A stretch of 64,000 nucleotides of DNA. Source: the human T2T-CHM13v2.0 reference genome, Homo sapiens. The notes below the pieces were generated by a model that ran no database searches, had not been told where the DNA came from, and saw only the letters and a program-made list of their open reading frames with translations. This document shows, one piece after another, positions 27,679-40,787 of the stretch (within the stretch, counting starts at the first letter, position 1; every line of letters begins with the position of its first letter). A program made the translations under genes and the position numbers. Location: assembly GCF_009914755.1 (NCBI RefSeq), contig NC_060927.1; one strand, written 5' to 3'.

Positions 27679-27980
27679 GGGTCCAGCACAGTGGCTCACA
27701 GCTGTAATCCCAGCACTTTAGGAGGCCAAGGCAGGTAGATCACCTGAAGTCAGGAGTTCGAGACCAGCCTGGTCAACATGGTGAAACCCCATCTCTACTA
27801 AAAATACAAAAATTAGCTAGGTGTAGTGGCCATGTGCCTGTTATCCCAGCTACTTAGGAGGCTGAGGCATGAGAATCTCTTGAACCCAGGAAGCGGAGGT
27901 TGCAGTGAGCCGAGATTGTGCCACTGCTTTCCAGCCTGGGCAACAGGGCGAGACTGCATCTCAAAAAATAAATAAATAAA
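27679..27980 (+). mobile_element. AluS
   Basis: TSD ATAAATGGCAGCTAAGG at 27664-27680 and 27976-27992. Confidence 0.95.
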
Positions 27981-28846
27981 TGGCAGCTAAGGAATAGATA
28001 AAACTTTTCATTACAAATCGGGGATTAGCCTCAATGTACAAACTTCCTGGGAAGGGTGGTGGGCTTTACACATGGTGGAAGTCCGTGACATTCCTGGGCC
28101 TTTCCTATAGACCCTTTACATGAGGGAGGGAGGGAGGGAGGGAGGAGTAGACAGACTCCTCCAGACTTCAGGTGCAGGAAGGGCCCAGGCAGAAGGGAGG
28201 TACAACACAGGAGCTGGCCAGAGCACCGAGGAGATATTTCTACCACGGTTTGGCCTTGTCTGCCTCTGGGTTTGGCAGGGTTCCTTAAAGCTCATCACAA
28301 ATCAACAGGGTAAGGTATGGTTCTAAAAAGATGCTCGTCTCATCAAAGCTAAACGTTTTAGGTGCATCAGCTTGCTGATTTCAACTTGCAGACTTTTCAC
28401 AGGGTCTTCCAAATGGCCCAGAAACTGCCTACGCACACAAATAGCTTATGACTCCATGGTTCTGTATACTTTGAAGAGGCTTTCCTACACTTTTCTTTTT
28501 TCTTTCAACACTGTTTATCGAGAGTCTGGAGTCTGTTATGTTCTAGGTGTCATCTCTGGAGCTGGGAACCCAGCAGTGAAGAGAGGGGGCCAAGTCCTTG
28601 CCTTCTTGAGCTTGATCTCTTGGGAGCATTCAGAGTAAATTGTGGTGCAGAGGCCCAGAGGCAGGCCAGCGGCTACAATTCCTACTCTACACATGAGGAC
28701 ATTGAGGCTCAGAATAGTACATGACTTACCTACAGCGACCCATCAGATAAAATGAAGATCTAGGTCTTGAACTTGTTCACTCATTTATTTCAGAACTCTT
28801 AGCACTCAGGGAATATTTCAAATATTTCACTCTCAAAAATATTTGT

Positions 28847-29055
<209 letters not shown>

Positions 29056-29064
29056 TAATCATTA

Positions 29065-29270
29065 GTATTAATGGCTAATATTTACGGAGTGCATGTTACA
29101 TACCAAGTGCTATACTGAGAGTTTTATGAGGATTATCTCATTTAAATCTATCAAGAAATCTATTAGTGAGTACTGTTAATATCCCCATTTACAGATGAGG
29201 AAACTGAGGCTTAGAAAGGTTAAACTTATCCAGGGACACATAGCTAGTGAGCAGTGGTGAAGGAGAATAG
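29065..29270 (-). mobile_element. MIR
   Basis: ATCCCCATTTACAGATGAGGAAACTGAGGCTTAGAAAGGTTAA. Confidence 0.85.
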
Positions 29271-29959
29271 AGATTAGCAGTCTCACCTTCTGTCACTAAA
29301 AGACTTTTTTGAAACATAATGCCCAACCGAAAATAATTCTAGCAATAAATGAAGATATGGCTTCTCCAAACTGGCCCCACGGAGGGGCACGAGCCTGGGG
29401 CTTTCCACCAAAACTGAGCTCCAAGAAACTTTTCCAAGGCCCAGGATTGGGGCCAAGGTCGGCAACAAGGAAGACAGCAAAGACTGTCCAGAAGGAGCAC
29501 TGGGAGAGCCAAAAAGATGGAATCACCAAGGCCAACTCACAGGGTTGGACAAGGAGGTAACTGGGTACAAGGTTTTGGAAAAGAACTGGAGACCCAGGAT
29601 CAAGAAAGCAACGGGGATGGTAAAATACTGAGGTTGGGAGAGAAGTGCTGAGAAACCAGAGTGAGGAGCTGAGAGGATGTGCAGCCTCACCTGGGCTGCA
29701 GGGAGAACCAGGAAGGACGCTGAGTCCCCGTCACCTTCGGGCTCTGAAATTTACAATGTGCTTCCCTACGTGTTCACTTTGCTCTTCCTTTCCACCCTGA
29801 AGGGAGGCTTTCCTCAATGCCAGCCTCTTTGGAAGCAGGCTTTCAGGGGTGCAAGAGGAAAGTTATCTTTATTCAAGAGGATTCCAAGAAGCAAAGGCAA
29901 TGACACACATTTTTAAAGTTTCTGTGGTACCTTTGGGCTTTGAGAACTTGATATAGCTG

Positions 29960-30195
29960 TGAAGAACAAGGGCTTTGGATTGAGATGGATTTGGGTTTGA
30001 ATTCCAGTTCTACTTGGGAGCTGTGGGGCCCTGAGCAAGTCATTACTCTGTTGGTGCCTCTATTTACTCATTTGCATAGTGGGAACTAAAAACATCTACT
30101 TTATAGGTTATTAGGATTAAATTAAGTATGTTATCCTAAGAAATTTTTAGCCCAGAGCAAGTACTCAACAAATAAAAGGTATTACTATTGTTATG
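29960..30195 (+). mobile_element. MIR
   Basis: GGCTTTGGATTGAGA..GGGTTTGAATTCCAGTTCTAC..GTGCCTCTATTTACTCATTTG. Confidence 0.7.
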
Positions 30196-30199
30196 TGAG

Positions 30200-30495
30200 T
30201 TTTGTTTGTTTTTGAGATAGGGTCTCACCCTGTCACCTAAGCTGGAGTGCAGTGGCACGATCATGGCTCACTGCAGCCTTGATCTCCCAGGCTGAGGTGA
30301 TCCCCCTACCTCAGCCTCCTTAGCAGCTAGGACTACAGGCGTGCACCACCACACCCGGCTAATTTTTGTATTTTTTTGTAGACACAGGTTTCACTGTAAT
30401 TCCCAGGCTGGTCTCGAGCTCATGGACTCAAGCGATCTGCCTGCTTCGGCCTCCCAAATTGCTGGAATTACAGGCATGAGTCACCACACCTGGCC
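30200..30495 (-). mobile_element. AluJ
   Basis: GATCATGGCTCACTGCAGCCTTGATCTCC; TSD-like TGTTATG(TG)AGTTTT. Confidence 0.92.
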
Positions 30496-30519
30496 TGTTA
30501 TGAGTTTTAAAAGCAGATT

Positions 30520-31258
30520 CTGCAGTTTGGCAGTTTCTTACAAAATAAACATACTTTTACCGTATAATCCAGCAATTGGGCTCCTTGGTACTTACCCAAA
30601 GGAGTCGTAAACTGTAAACCTACGTCTACTCAAAAACCTGTACATGGATATTTATAACGGCCTTATTCATAATTGCCAAAGCTTGGAAGCAACCAAGACA
30701 TCCTTCAGTAGGTAAATAGATAAACTGTGGTATACATCCACAATACTCTTCAGCATTAAAAAGAGGTAAGCTGTCAGACCATGAAAAGACATGGAGGAAC
30801 CTACATACTACCGAGTGAACACGCCAATCTGAAAAGGCTACATACTACATGGTTCCAACCATATGACATTCTGGAAAAGGTAAAACAATGCCCACTGTGT
30901 AAAGATCAGCGGTAGCTAGGGGTTGTGGGGAGAAAAGAATGAGTAGGTAGAGCACAGAGGGTTTTTAGGGCAGTGAAACTCTTCTGTGTGATACTAAAAG
31001 TGCCTGCATGTCATTATACATTTGTCCAAATCCATAGAATGTGCACCACGCCAAGAGTGAGCCCCACTGTAAACTATGGACTCTGGGTGATAATGATGTG
31101 TCAATGTAGGTTCGTCAGTTGTAACACATGCACTACTCTGGTGGGGATGTTGATAGTGGGGGAGGCTGTGCGTGCTTGGGGAGGACAGCCGGCATATGGG
31201 AACTTTGTACTTTCACTTAATCTTGCTGTGAGCCTAAGAGTGCTCTAAAAAATAAATA
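30520..31258 (+). mobile_element. L1MC/L1MD 3' end
   Basis: TGGAAGCAACCAAGACATCCTTCAGTAGG; GTAAACTATGGACTCTGGGTGATAATGATGTGTCAATGTAGGTTC; ends CTCTAAAAAATAAA. Confidence 0.85.
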
Positions 31259-31311
31259 TATTTTTTTAAACTCCACAAATAAAATAAACCAAGGCTATAG
31301 TTCCTAATTGA

Positions 31312-31696
<385 letters not shown>

Positions 31697-31935
31697 TAAA
31701 ATGTCTTTCCTTACTCAGGATTCTCAGTGCATTGCAACTTATCTGGCAATCATTTTGATTACATGATTAGAGGATTGATCTTATTTTCCTTACTATAATA
31801 TATTGGAAGATTCTTATAGGAATGACAGTGCACTACTCAGTTCTCTATCTTGCAGTGCCTTCACCATGTCTTGCACATGGATGGTACTTAAAACACATAG
31901 TTTTGAATGTAACCAACAGATTTTATTATAAATTT

Positions 31936-32141
31936 CTGTACTGGCCAATAAGGTAGTCAGTAGCCACATGTGACTATTTAAATATAAAATTAATTTAAAA
32001 CTAAATTTAAAAATCAGTTCCTCAGTTGCACTGGCCACACTCCAAGGTCTCCATAGCCACATGTAGCTAGTGGTGGCCACGTTGGAAAGCTCAGATACGG
32101 GACATGTCCATCATTGCAAAAAGTTCTATTGGACAATACTA
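31936..32141. mobile_element. MER3 hAT-Charlie MITE
   Basis: TAGCCACATGTGACTATTTAAAT..TCAGTTCCTCAGTTGCACTGGCCACA..CCATCATTGCAAAAAGTTCTATTGGACA. Confidence 0.8.
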
Positions 32142-32277
32142 TTCTGGAACATTCTTGTTCAACTTTTTCATGTGGTTATTGGATTTAGGTTATCTTTGCA
32201 ATGTTTAAACTTTATTTTTAATTTTTTAAAAAAATATTTTCTTAAACACGGTTTGAACTGCCCAGATTGTGCTCTCT

Positions 32278-33612
32278 AAATACCATTTACACTCAGAGAA
32301 ATCAGGCTCTTTAGATAAATGACTGATTCCAATCTAAGGCAAGACATATATAAGATAAGCCTCTCTACCTAGTCTCATATAAGATAAGAAAGCTATCAAA
32401 GACTACTGGGGTGATGTCAAAAGGACTCAGGGGTCAACTTATAGAGGCTCTCATTGGACACCAGTGGGATAATCTGAGCATCAATAAGACTCACCACAAA
32501 GGATTGAGTTGTATTGCATAAGTAAAATTTCATGACTTCATAATGGCAGTGAAACAAAAATAAACAAACTCTCAATCCCTTTGGAAGATGACAATTAAGT
32601 TTTTTAAAACTAGTAAGTAAAAGGGAAAAGTCAAGCATTTATCCTGTCTTTTCTATATGAATTGTTCCTCAGGGTCACCATAAATGGCTGAGGAGAGACC
32701 ATTTCTGTCTATAGAAGTATTTCAGCTAGTAAATAGAAAAGGAATAAAATAATTAGAGTATGGCATTTTGCAAACCATACTGAAATAATGGATCTAGCAA
32801 ATGATCATCAGTGTTTGCTAACATCACAGAGAGATGATCAGACATAAGGGGCCTGCTATGGTAAGAACATAAACCTGTGAAGCCAAATCTAACCTGAGAC
32901 CAAGCCCAAGGATCTGTCAACCAATCATGAGGAAATGCAGGGGAGGAGGAACATGTTAAATGACACTACTGGGATGAAGCCAGAGAATCCAGACCTTGGG
33001 AAACTTAATACAGAGGGAAAAAAAATAGGTGAAAAGGGAACTATAGATGAAAAGAAACTGAAGGGACATCTGATGTAGCAGCCAAATGCAATGCATAGAC
33101 CTTGTTTAGATTCTCATGTAAACAAATCAATTGTAAGGAAGAAAGAGGGACAGGAAGAGAATTGGAGACATTTAAATACTGACTAGGTATTTGGGTATAT
33201 TAAGAAATTATTATTGATTTTAAAGTATGGTTATGTATAGTGGTCATGTCTTTTATAAATAATTCTTATCCTTTTTTAGTTTAAATTTTTATTTTTTTAA
33301 TTTATTTTTGCAGAGATGGGTTCTCACTATGTTGCCCAGGCTAGTCTTGAACTCCTGGGCTCAAGCGATCTTCCTGCCTTGGCCTCCCAAAGTGCTGGGA
33401 TTACAGGTGTGAGTCACTGCACCCAGGAATTTTTGTCCTTTAGAGACACATATGAAACATTTCCAGATGAATGGTATGATACTGAGATTTACTCAAAATA
33501 ATACAGGGTGAAGGCACAAAGTAGGTGGGGAGTACAGATAAGATTGGCCATGAGTGGTTGATTGCTGTAGCTGGGCTTATTGTACATGTGTTACAATTTT
33601 CATAATAAAAAG
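32278..33612 (+). mobile_element. L1MC4-like 3' region
   Basis: AAGCTATCAAAGACTACTGGGGTGATGTCAAAAGGACTCAGG..GAGGCTCTCATTGG..GAGCATCAATAAG; ends AATTTTCATAATAAAAAGTT. Confidence 0.75.
33285..33427 (-). mobile_element. FLAM_C / Alu left monomer
   Basis: CTATGTTGCCCAGGCTAGTCTTGAACTCCTGGGCTCAAGCGATC..CACTGCACCCAG. Confidence 0.85.
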
Positions 33613-34466
33613 TTCATCTCTCTGATTTAGTCTCAGTGTCTTGCCTGGCTCAACTGTGAGCTTTTTAAAAATAAATTCTCCAGATTGGCATTGTTCTGTT
33701 CTAATTTTGACATGTGGAGGGGCTTAGGCATGAATGTTCTGAGGCAAAACCAGTCTCTGAAAACATCCGAGGGCTGTTTAATGAGAAATCTTAGCAAGTT
33801 TTTCCCAAATGGCAACCAGATTACAAAGCCTTACATTCTGCTGAGGTTTTCTTCCTTCTCAGCGTATTCAAATCCACTAACCAGATTTATCATTCCTCAA
33901 GAAACGTGCAAATTACATTACATTTTTCCAGAAATTTGCAGGTCATCCTAGAGGGGTTTTGAAGTGCAAGGGGAAGTGTCTTCTCCTCATCTTCATCTTT
34001 CTCCTTCTCCTCTTCCTTTAATAAAATGTAGAGAAACTCCTCTTTCCACTGCGCCACTGGCCCCATGCTTGAGAAACACCTCTTTTGAGGAATAACCGAT
34101 GCTACCTTCTGGGAGAGCTTTCTCTGGCCTTTTCCCTTTTCATCTTCCAAACATGTGTCAGGATCAAGACCTAGAAGCTAAAGCCTCTGGGTTGAAGGAG
34201 GCTTTTCTTGTGGGTCAGACTCCTGGGCGTAGGTGAGCATTGTTTTCCAAGACTGCGTCTTTCAAACAGGTTAAAACGTCTCCATGGCATGGGACCAGTG
34301 TCTATTTTCGCTTTTTCTCCCAGGAAGCCTGACCACCTCTTTTGATTCCTATTAAGTAAGTTCCAGTCACTTTCCAGACCCACTCCTGTGATTATCCCCT
34401 GTGAACCAGCTGGAGTCCTGGATATTCTGACACTCTTCACTTATACACCTGCAGACACTCTCACAT

Positions 34467-34896
34467 TGTGGCAGACTGCTAGCTGTCCCCCATCCCCTGC
34501 CTCCTCTCTATCCTCTCCTCCTTTCAGTGTAAAGACTGCCCAGTAAAGACTATAATTCCCAGCTTTCCTTACAGTAGGATGTAGCCATTAGACTACAAGC
34601 CAATGGGCAGAGAGAATAGCCAATGGTCCTAGCCAATGGGCTAAACAGAATAACGCTGGTACAATTTCTGGATCTTGTCCTCAGATTAAAAAGCTCCCTG
34701 TCCCCCTCCTACTGGTAGGGAAATGGTGAGAAATTGGCTCCCAAGCAGAAGCCTTGAGATGAGAACAGTGATCCAACCAGCTCTGGATTCCTACCTCTGG
34801 ACTACGACAAGAGAGAGAAATTACTTGTATCTCGTATATGCCACCGCAGCTTCAGAACTCTGTAACAGCAGATTACCCTGTATCTCAACTGATACA
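34467..34896 (+). mobile_element. MLT1J/K-type MaLR LTR
   Basis: TGTGGCAGACTGC..TTCCCAGCTTTCCTTACAGTAGGATGTAGCCAT..AGCCAATG ... AACTGATACA. Confidence 0.6.
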
Positions 34897-35299
34897 GAGG
34901 GCTAACTACAATCACTGGGTGTGAATTTTACCTGGGCAACTTGGGCAACTCTAAGCATAGCTTTATTTCCATTTACCTGAGGTAGCCCCTCTCCATCACC
35001 TTGTCCCAATTTGGTGTCTGCACATCCATTCAGTGCAGTCACTTTGATGATGTGTCCATAGCTATAAACTCAAGGATCACTTCTTGAGGCAGAAATTTCC
35101 AACATCTTCTCTTAAAAATCAAGTGACGAGGGTTTTGAAATACCTAGCAGCACTGGGCTCTATTCCTATTTTCTCAAGTCCCTAGGGCTTGTGTCTTTAT
35201 GGCTCTTTCTTAGAAAGACCATTTCCTACCAAGAGCCAACTGATTTGGCCAACACCAGCAGATGTACTCCATTACAACTAATAATGGGACTCAAGTACT

Positions 35300-35470
35300 T
35301 TAGAAGCTTTTACTAATTGAGCCGCTGAATATCCCTATGAAGTAGGTAACTATTATTGTCCCCAATTACTGTCAAGACGCTGAGCTGCAGAGACATTAAG
35401 TGGCTTGCCAGAATCGTGCAGTGGAGTCCCAGGCAGAGCAAGTTCCTGAGCGGAGGATGAATTTCAGCCC
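35300..35470 (-). mobile_element. MIR fragment
   Basis: CCCTATGAAGTAGGTAACTATTATTGTCCCCA..TTAAGTGGCTTGCC. Confidence 0.6.
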
Positions 35471-35570
35471 CAATCAAAGGAACCAGGATTGGCCAGAAAG
35501 TCAATCAGGAGACCTGTGTTCCAGTGGCAGCTCTGTCATTAACCACCGAGTGGAAGTCACTTCCTTTTTC

Positions 35571-36257
35571 TGTGTTCGTGTGCGTGTGTGCGTGTGAAGA
35601 GAGTGTGTGTGTGTGAGAGAGCGTGTGTGTAAAAGAGAAGATATGCCTGTGTGTGTGTGTCTTTGTGTGTGTGCCTGTATAGTAGTGTGTGTGGTTTTGT
35701 GTGGGTGTGTGTGATTGTGTATGTTTGTGTGTGGTTGTGTGGGTGTGTGGTTGTATGTGTGGTTGTGTGTGGGGCTGTGTGTGTGTGGTTTTGTGTGTGT
35801 GGCTGTATGTGTGTTTGTGTGGTTGTATGTAGTGTGTCTGTATGGTCTGTATGTTTATGTGTGTGATTGTGTGTGTGTTTGTGTGTGGTTGTGTGTGTGT
35901 TTGTGTGAGGTTGTGTGTTATGTGTGTGGTTTTGTGTGGGTGTGAGATTGTATGTGTGTGTGGTTGTGTGGATGTGTGGTTGTATGTGTGATTGTGTGTG
36001 GTTGTGTGTGTGGGGTTGTGTGTGTGTGTGGTTTTGTGTGTGTGTGGTTGTATGTGTGGTTGTGTGTGGTGTGTGGTCTGTATGTTTATGTGTGTGTGTG
36101 TGTGTTTGTGGTTGTGTGTGTGGTTGTGTGTGGTGTGTGTGTGGTTGTGTATGTGTGTGGTTGTGTGTGTATGTGTGTGGTTGTGTGTATGTGGTTGTGT
36201 GTATGCGTATGATTGTGTGTGTATTTGTGTGGTTGTGTGTGGTTGTGGTTGTATGTA
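35571..36257. repeat. Long degenerate (TG)n / (GTGTGGTT)n low-complexity tract
   Basis: About 690 bp almost entirely T/G on the + strand. Confidence 0.95.
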
Positions 36258-37046
36258 GTCTGAATAATCCGCCCTCCCTTTGGGATTTTTTCCACTGAGG
36301 GTGGAAGTGGAGTTTCCCCTGAAAGAACAGATATTCCCACTGCTGATCCTTCCGGGAGAAGTTAATCCTGAGACAGGAAATAAAGATTTAAAGAAGAGAA
36401 AAGTTTTTATTGGGCCAAGACTCCAAGGTGAAGAAAGGCCTGGAGTGAGTGGTTTCAGAATGGAAATGGGGGAGAATGGCCTGCGTCTGGTTGAAGCATG
36501 GTCTCCAGGGGCTTTGAGGAGTTGGGAGATGGCTCAGGACGCAGGGTGAGGGAGGACAGGGAATTCGCTGCTCCTCTCTCGGTCAAGGTGCAGACCTCGA
36601 AGAAAGTGGTGATCAGCTAAGGCCAATGCAGGAATGTAGCAGGGCCAGCAGCCTGGAGAAAGAAAATGTGAGGGACTGTGCCCAAAAGTGCAAACCAGTA
36701 CCCTGAGAAATGTTCTGAATCTACAGGGAAACTGAGGAGAGGAAATTTCACACCGTGAACCCACTGTGGACTATGTCCTAGCAATCTGGGAACAAACAGA
36801 AGGCACAGGCTGTTGTGGCCTGGGACACAGGGGTGCTTTATACAAGGAGATGGAGTACAAGTGGATACCTTCTAAGGCTCCTTCTTGCTGAAATGTATAC
36901 TCCATAGTCCAGTTGGGCTAGAAACTCTGCCCCCAGGCCCCTGGGAGGGTCTGACCAAGGAATTTCACCCAGGTGTTGGTTCACTCTGGCCCTGGCCATT
37001 GTCTACCCACCCTGAGTCAAGTATGACCAGCTAAGGTTGGGTTTAG

Positions 37047-37445
<399 letters not shown>

Positions 37446-37459
37446 CCCAACTTTTAAAA

Positions 37460-37690
37460 ATGAATTAAAATTAATTGTCTAATTCATTGTTGTCTACAGT
37501 TCGATGGATTTTGACAAATGCCACCACCACCCCAATCGAGAACATTTTCATCCACCTCCCAAGACCCCTCATGGCTCTTTCCAGTTAATCCCCTCACCCT
37601 TCAACAGACAACCAATATTCTGATTTCTATCACCTTAGTTCAGTTTTGTCTGTTCTACAACTTGCTATAAGTGGTACCAAACTCTATATG
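37460..37690 (-). mobile_element. L1ME/L1MB 3' fragment
   Basis: ACAGTTCGATGGATTTTGACAAATG..GAACATTTTCATC..ACAACCAATATTCTGATTTCTATCACC. Confidence 0.65.
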
Positions 37691-38059
37691 CTCCCTCTCT
37701 CTCCACTTTTAACATGCAAATGATGTCTGCAATTACTTTCCATGAGTAAGCAGGTCACATGAAGAACACACACCGCCTTGATCCAGTGGCTCTGCATCTC
37801 CCCCAACACACCAGACTGTGCAGTCGTGAGTGTGCTAAGTCGAACCACATGAAATGTCGTTTTTGATTTAGTGGCAGCGGGGCCAATCTCTCCCTTCCCC
37901 TCTTCTGAAGTCCTCCAATCTCAGGGCCTGCTGACCCCCTGCTTCCTGGCCCCAGCACACAGCAATCGCTCTACCCTGAGAGTCCCAGCGTCCTGAGAGG
38001 TTCTATTTTTGGCTAGAATAACAATCTCCAATGCAGGCACAGAGCTGTTCAGCTTAATA

Positions 38060-38214
38060 GCTAATAATAATATTAGCTACCATTTACTGAAGGCTCTCTC
38101 TTCAAGACACTGAGCTTAGTGTTTGCATACATTATCCCATGTAATTTTCACAGCCTCCCAGTGAGGCATTATCTCCATTTTACCCACTAGGAAACAGGCT
38201 CAGAGAGGTTAGAA
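38060..38214 (-). mobile_element. MIR
   Basis: AGCTACCATTTACTGA..ATTATCTCCATTTTAC..GGAAACAGGCTCAGAGAGGTTA. Confidence 0.7.
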
Positions 38215-38378
38215 AGCTGCTTCGAAGCTTTCTGTGGGCGAACGACTCACCTGGGGATCTGTTAAAATGCAGATCCTTACTCAGTAGGTCTGGGCTGGCC
38301 TGAGATTCTGCATCTAGTAACAAACTCCCAATTGGTGCTGATGTTGCTGGTTCATGGATCACACTTGGAGTAGCAAGG
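38215..38378. mobile_element. MER5A
   Basis: TCACCTGGGGATCTGTTAAAATGCAGAT..CAGTAGGTCTGGG..GATTCTGCATCT..GATCACACTTGGAGTAGC. Confidence 0.8.
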
Positions 38379-39109
38379 GATGAGATAATCCCTCTAAGGT
38401 CAATTACCAGCAAGGGGACATTCAACAATATGAATGTCTTCTTTCAAACCCAATGTTTTTAAAGTCTGTTTATGTAGTGGGGAGAAGAAAACAAACAAAC
38501 AAACTGGGGCAGAATTCCTTTTCCAGGAGGCAAGTGCTTTTGTTCAGCAAAACCTCCTGATGAGATACTTAGGTTGTGGAAAGCGCTCCCTCCAGGCAAG
38601 GCAGGAATGGGCTACAAATTAGACAAAGAGATAGCTAAAGTACTCTTCAAGGGAGATGAACAAGTAAATCTAGGGGCTGGAAGCTGAAGAGAAAGCAAGA
38701 TGGGGGTGGGTGCTGGAGCCCACAAGGAGAAGAGGAAGATGAACTTCCCTGGAGGTGGGAAGGCTGTATGGACTCTTACAGTTTTAGGTGTTGGCTCTGT
38801 TGGGCTAGAAGCATTTGATGTTGTTAGGATCGTTCAGCCAAGTCTGTTACACACCATAGTCTTGAGTTGGTGGAAGCTTGGAAAGAGGAGAGATTGGGGT
38901 GGGGTTTGAATGACCCTTGAATATTTAATGCGCATGTGCAGTGGGCAAAGATGGAGACGTCAACCTAAAAGGAAAGTCAGAGGCAGTGACGAGAGGAGCC
39001 CCTCCCTCCGACACTGCCTCCACCCGTCTCCTGAGAGAAACACGGGGTTTTCCCTGTTCTTGAGCTCGGGGTTCAAGCCCAACTTGTTTACAATTTTAAA
39101 GGCAATTAC

Positions 39110-39550
39110 CATAAGATTTTACATCTTTTATTTAATTTATTGCATGTGACAACCTTGGGAGGTGAGAGGCTAGGATCGTCATCCCCATTTTACAGATGCA
39201 GAAAGCAAGGCTGGGAGGGTGAGCTTTGGCACTGTTCCCACAGCCACACAGCTGAAGGGCATCAGAGATGGGACCAAAAGTGTGCTCTGAACCCTCCCTG
39301 TGAATCAGAATCTCCTGGGGAGATTTTAAAAAGTACCAATTTGCCTAGATCTCCGCCAGGCCATCTGCATTCTGTTTGTCTGAGTTGGGCCCAAGCATCA
39401 GGATGTTTCAAAAGATCCTCATTGGCTCCAGTGTTCAGGCAGGAGGAGAACCTTGCACTCGATGGTTCATGTAAAGTGCGTAGCTCAGCACCGGGCTCAG
39501 AGCCGGGCAGTAATCAGCCCAGTTAGCATCAGCTGCTGTGGATATTTTTA
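39110..39550. mobile_element. MIR / MER5 / MIR fragment cluster
   Basis: ATCCCCATTTTACAGATG (39181); ATCAGAATCTCCTGGGGAGATTTTAAAA (39304); ATGTAAAGTGCGTAGCTCAGCAC (39469). Confidence 0.6.
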
Positions 39551-39587
39551 CTATGCAAACTCAAGCCCTATGACACCATGCTGTCGC

Positions 39588-39766
39588 CCACTGGTTCTCA
39601 AACTCTACCAAGCATCAGAGTCACCTGGAGGGCTTGTTAAAACACAGAAAGCTGGGTTCACCCCCTGAGCTTCTGGGGTCTGGGTTAGGAATCCAGAAGG
39701 TGCCTTTCTGACAAGCTGCCTTTCTTAATGCTGCTGTTCCAGGGATCACACTTTGCGAACCAGCTC
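39588..39766. mobile_element. MER5A
   Basis: CTGGTTCTCAAACT..GCATCAGAGTCACCTGGAGGGCTTGTTAAAACACAGA..GGGATCACACTTTGCGAACCA. Confidence 0.85.
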
Positions 39767-40654
39767 TGTAAACAAAGCAAGGCAAGACGACTCAAAAGGG
39801 CACATGATTTTCAATCCTTCCAACTTGGGATCAAGTGGCCAGACTGAGTGGGGCCCTTCCAGTGGCCTGCCATGACAGATGGCAGGACTGGGTGTTGGGC
39901 GACCTTTGGCAGGTACATCGCCTAGCAGGTGTGACTAAGACATTGCCGGTTCGTGGCCGACATTCTGGGACCTGGTCCTACATTCAATGGCTGACAGGAG
40001 CCTGAAATGGATAGAAAACACCTGTAGCCTAGGCAACACAGTCTGGCTCATACAATTACAGACTACTTGAAAAAGAGAACAGTGAGGAGGAAGGGAGGAA
40101 ATGAACATGTGTAAGAAAAGAGGAGCTCAGTGTCAAATGTTCCGTATGCTTGCATGTTCATACATGCTCTCACAGACACACGTAGACACTACTGCATACT
40201 ATACATATTCTTTCAACCTGGGCTGGGAAAGAGGAACCAAGACAAGGGTTCTGGAACCTACTTTGGCTTTTCTGCTCTCAGGCAAGAAGCCAGACATTGT
40301 CCCATTTGAGTTGCCATAAATTGGGTCATGGGACCACCCCCATCACCATCACCCTGACCACAGTCTGGTCAGATCTGCTAGCCCCAAACTGCCACGTGTA
40401 GACATAAGGGAGCCTGGCAGCCAATGAGGAGGCCTGGTGCAAAAACTCTGACTGACAGAGAAGCCCTGCAGTAGACAAATGGGAACTATCCAAGTTAGGG
40501 CTTACCCTCTGGGGGACACATAGAGTGGAGGGAAACAAGCCGAGGTGGCAGAAAGGGAAGACAGAAAGAGTAGGTGGGGCTGAGTCACCACTCAACAGTC
40601 TTTTTTTTTTTTTTAAATCGTGGTATTTTTTCTACCATAAGCATTTTTATTGAT

Positions 40655-40787
40655 TTTTTTTTTATTTATTTATTTTGTAGAGACAAGGTAATGTTGCCTA
40701 GGCTGGTCTTGAACTCCTGAGCTAAAGTGATACTCCCTGTTTGGCATTCCAAAGTGTTGGGATTACAGGTGTCAGCCACTGCATCTG
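40655..40787 (-). mobile_element. FLAM_C-like Alu monomer
   Basis: TGTTGCCTAGGCTGGTCTTGAACTCCTGAGCT..CAAAGTGTTGGGATTACAGG. Confidence 0.8.

Noticed and set aside
35651-36340. Cys/Val-rich and His/Thr-rich ORFs
   Set aside because: Artefacts of translating the (TG)n tract.
39850-40000. Slight CpG enrichment as a possible CpG-island promoter
   Set aside because: Only a handful of CpGs; too short and sparse for an island.
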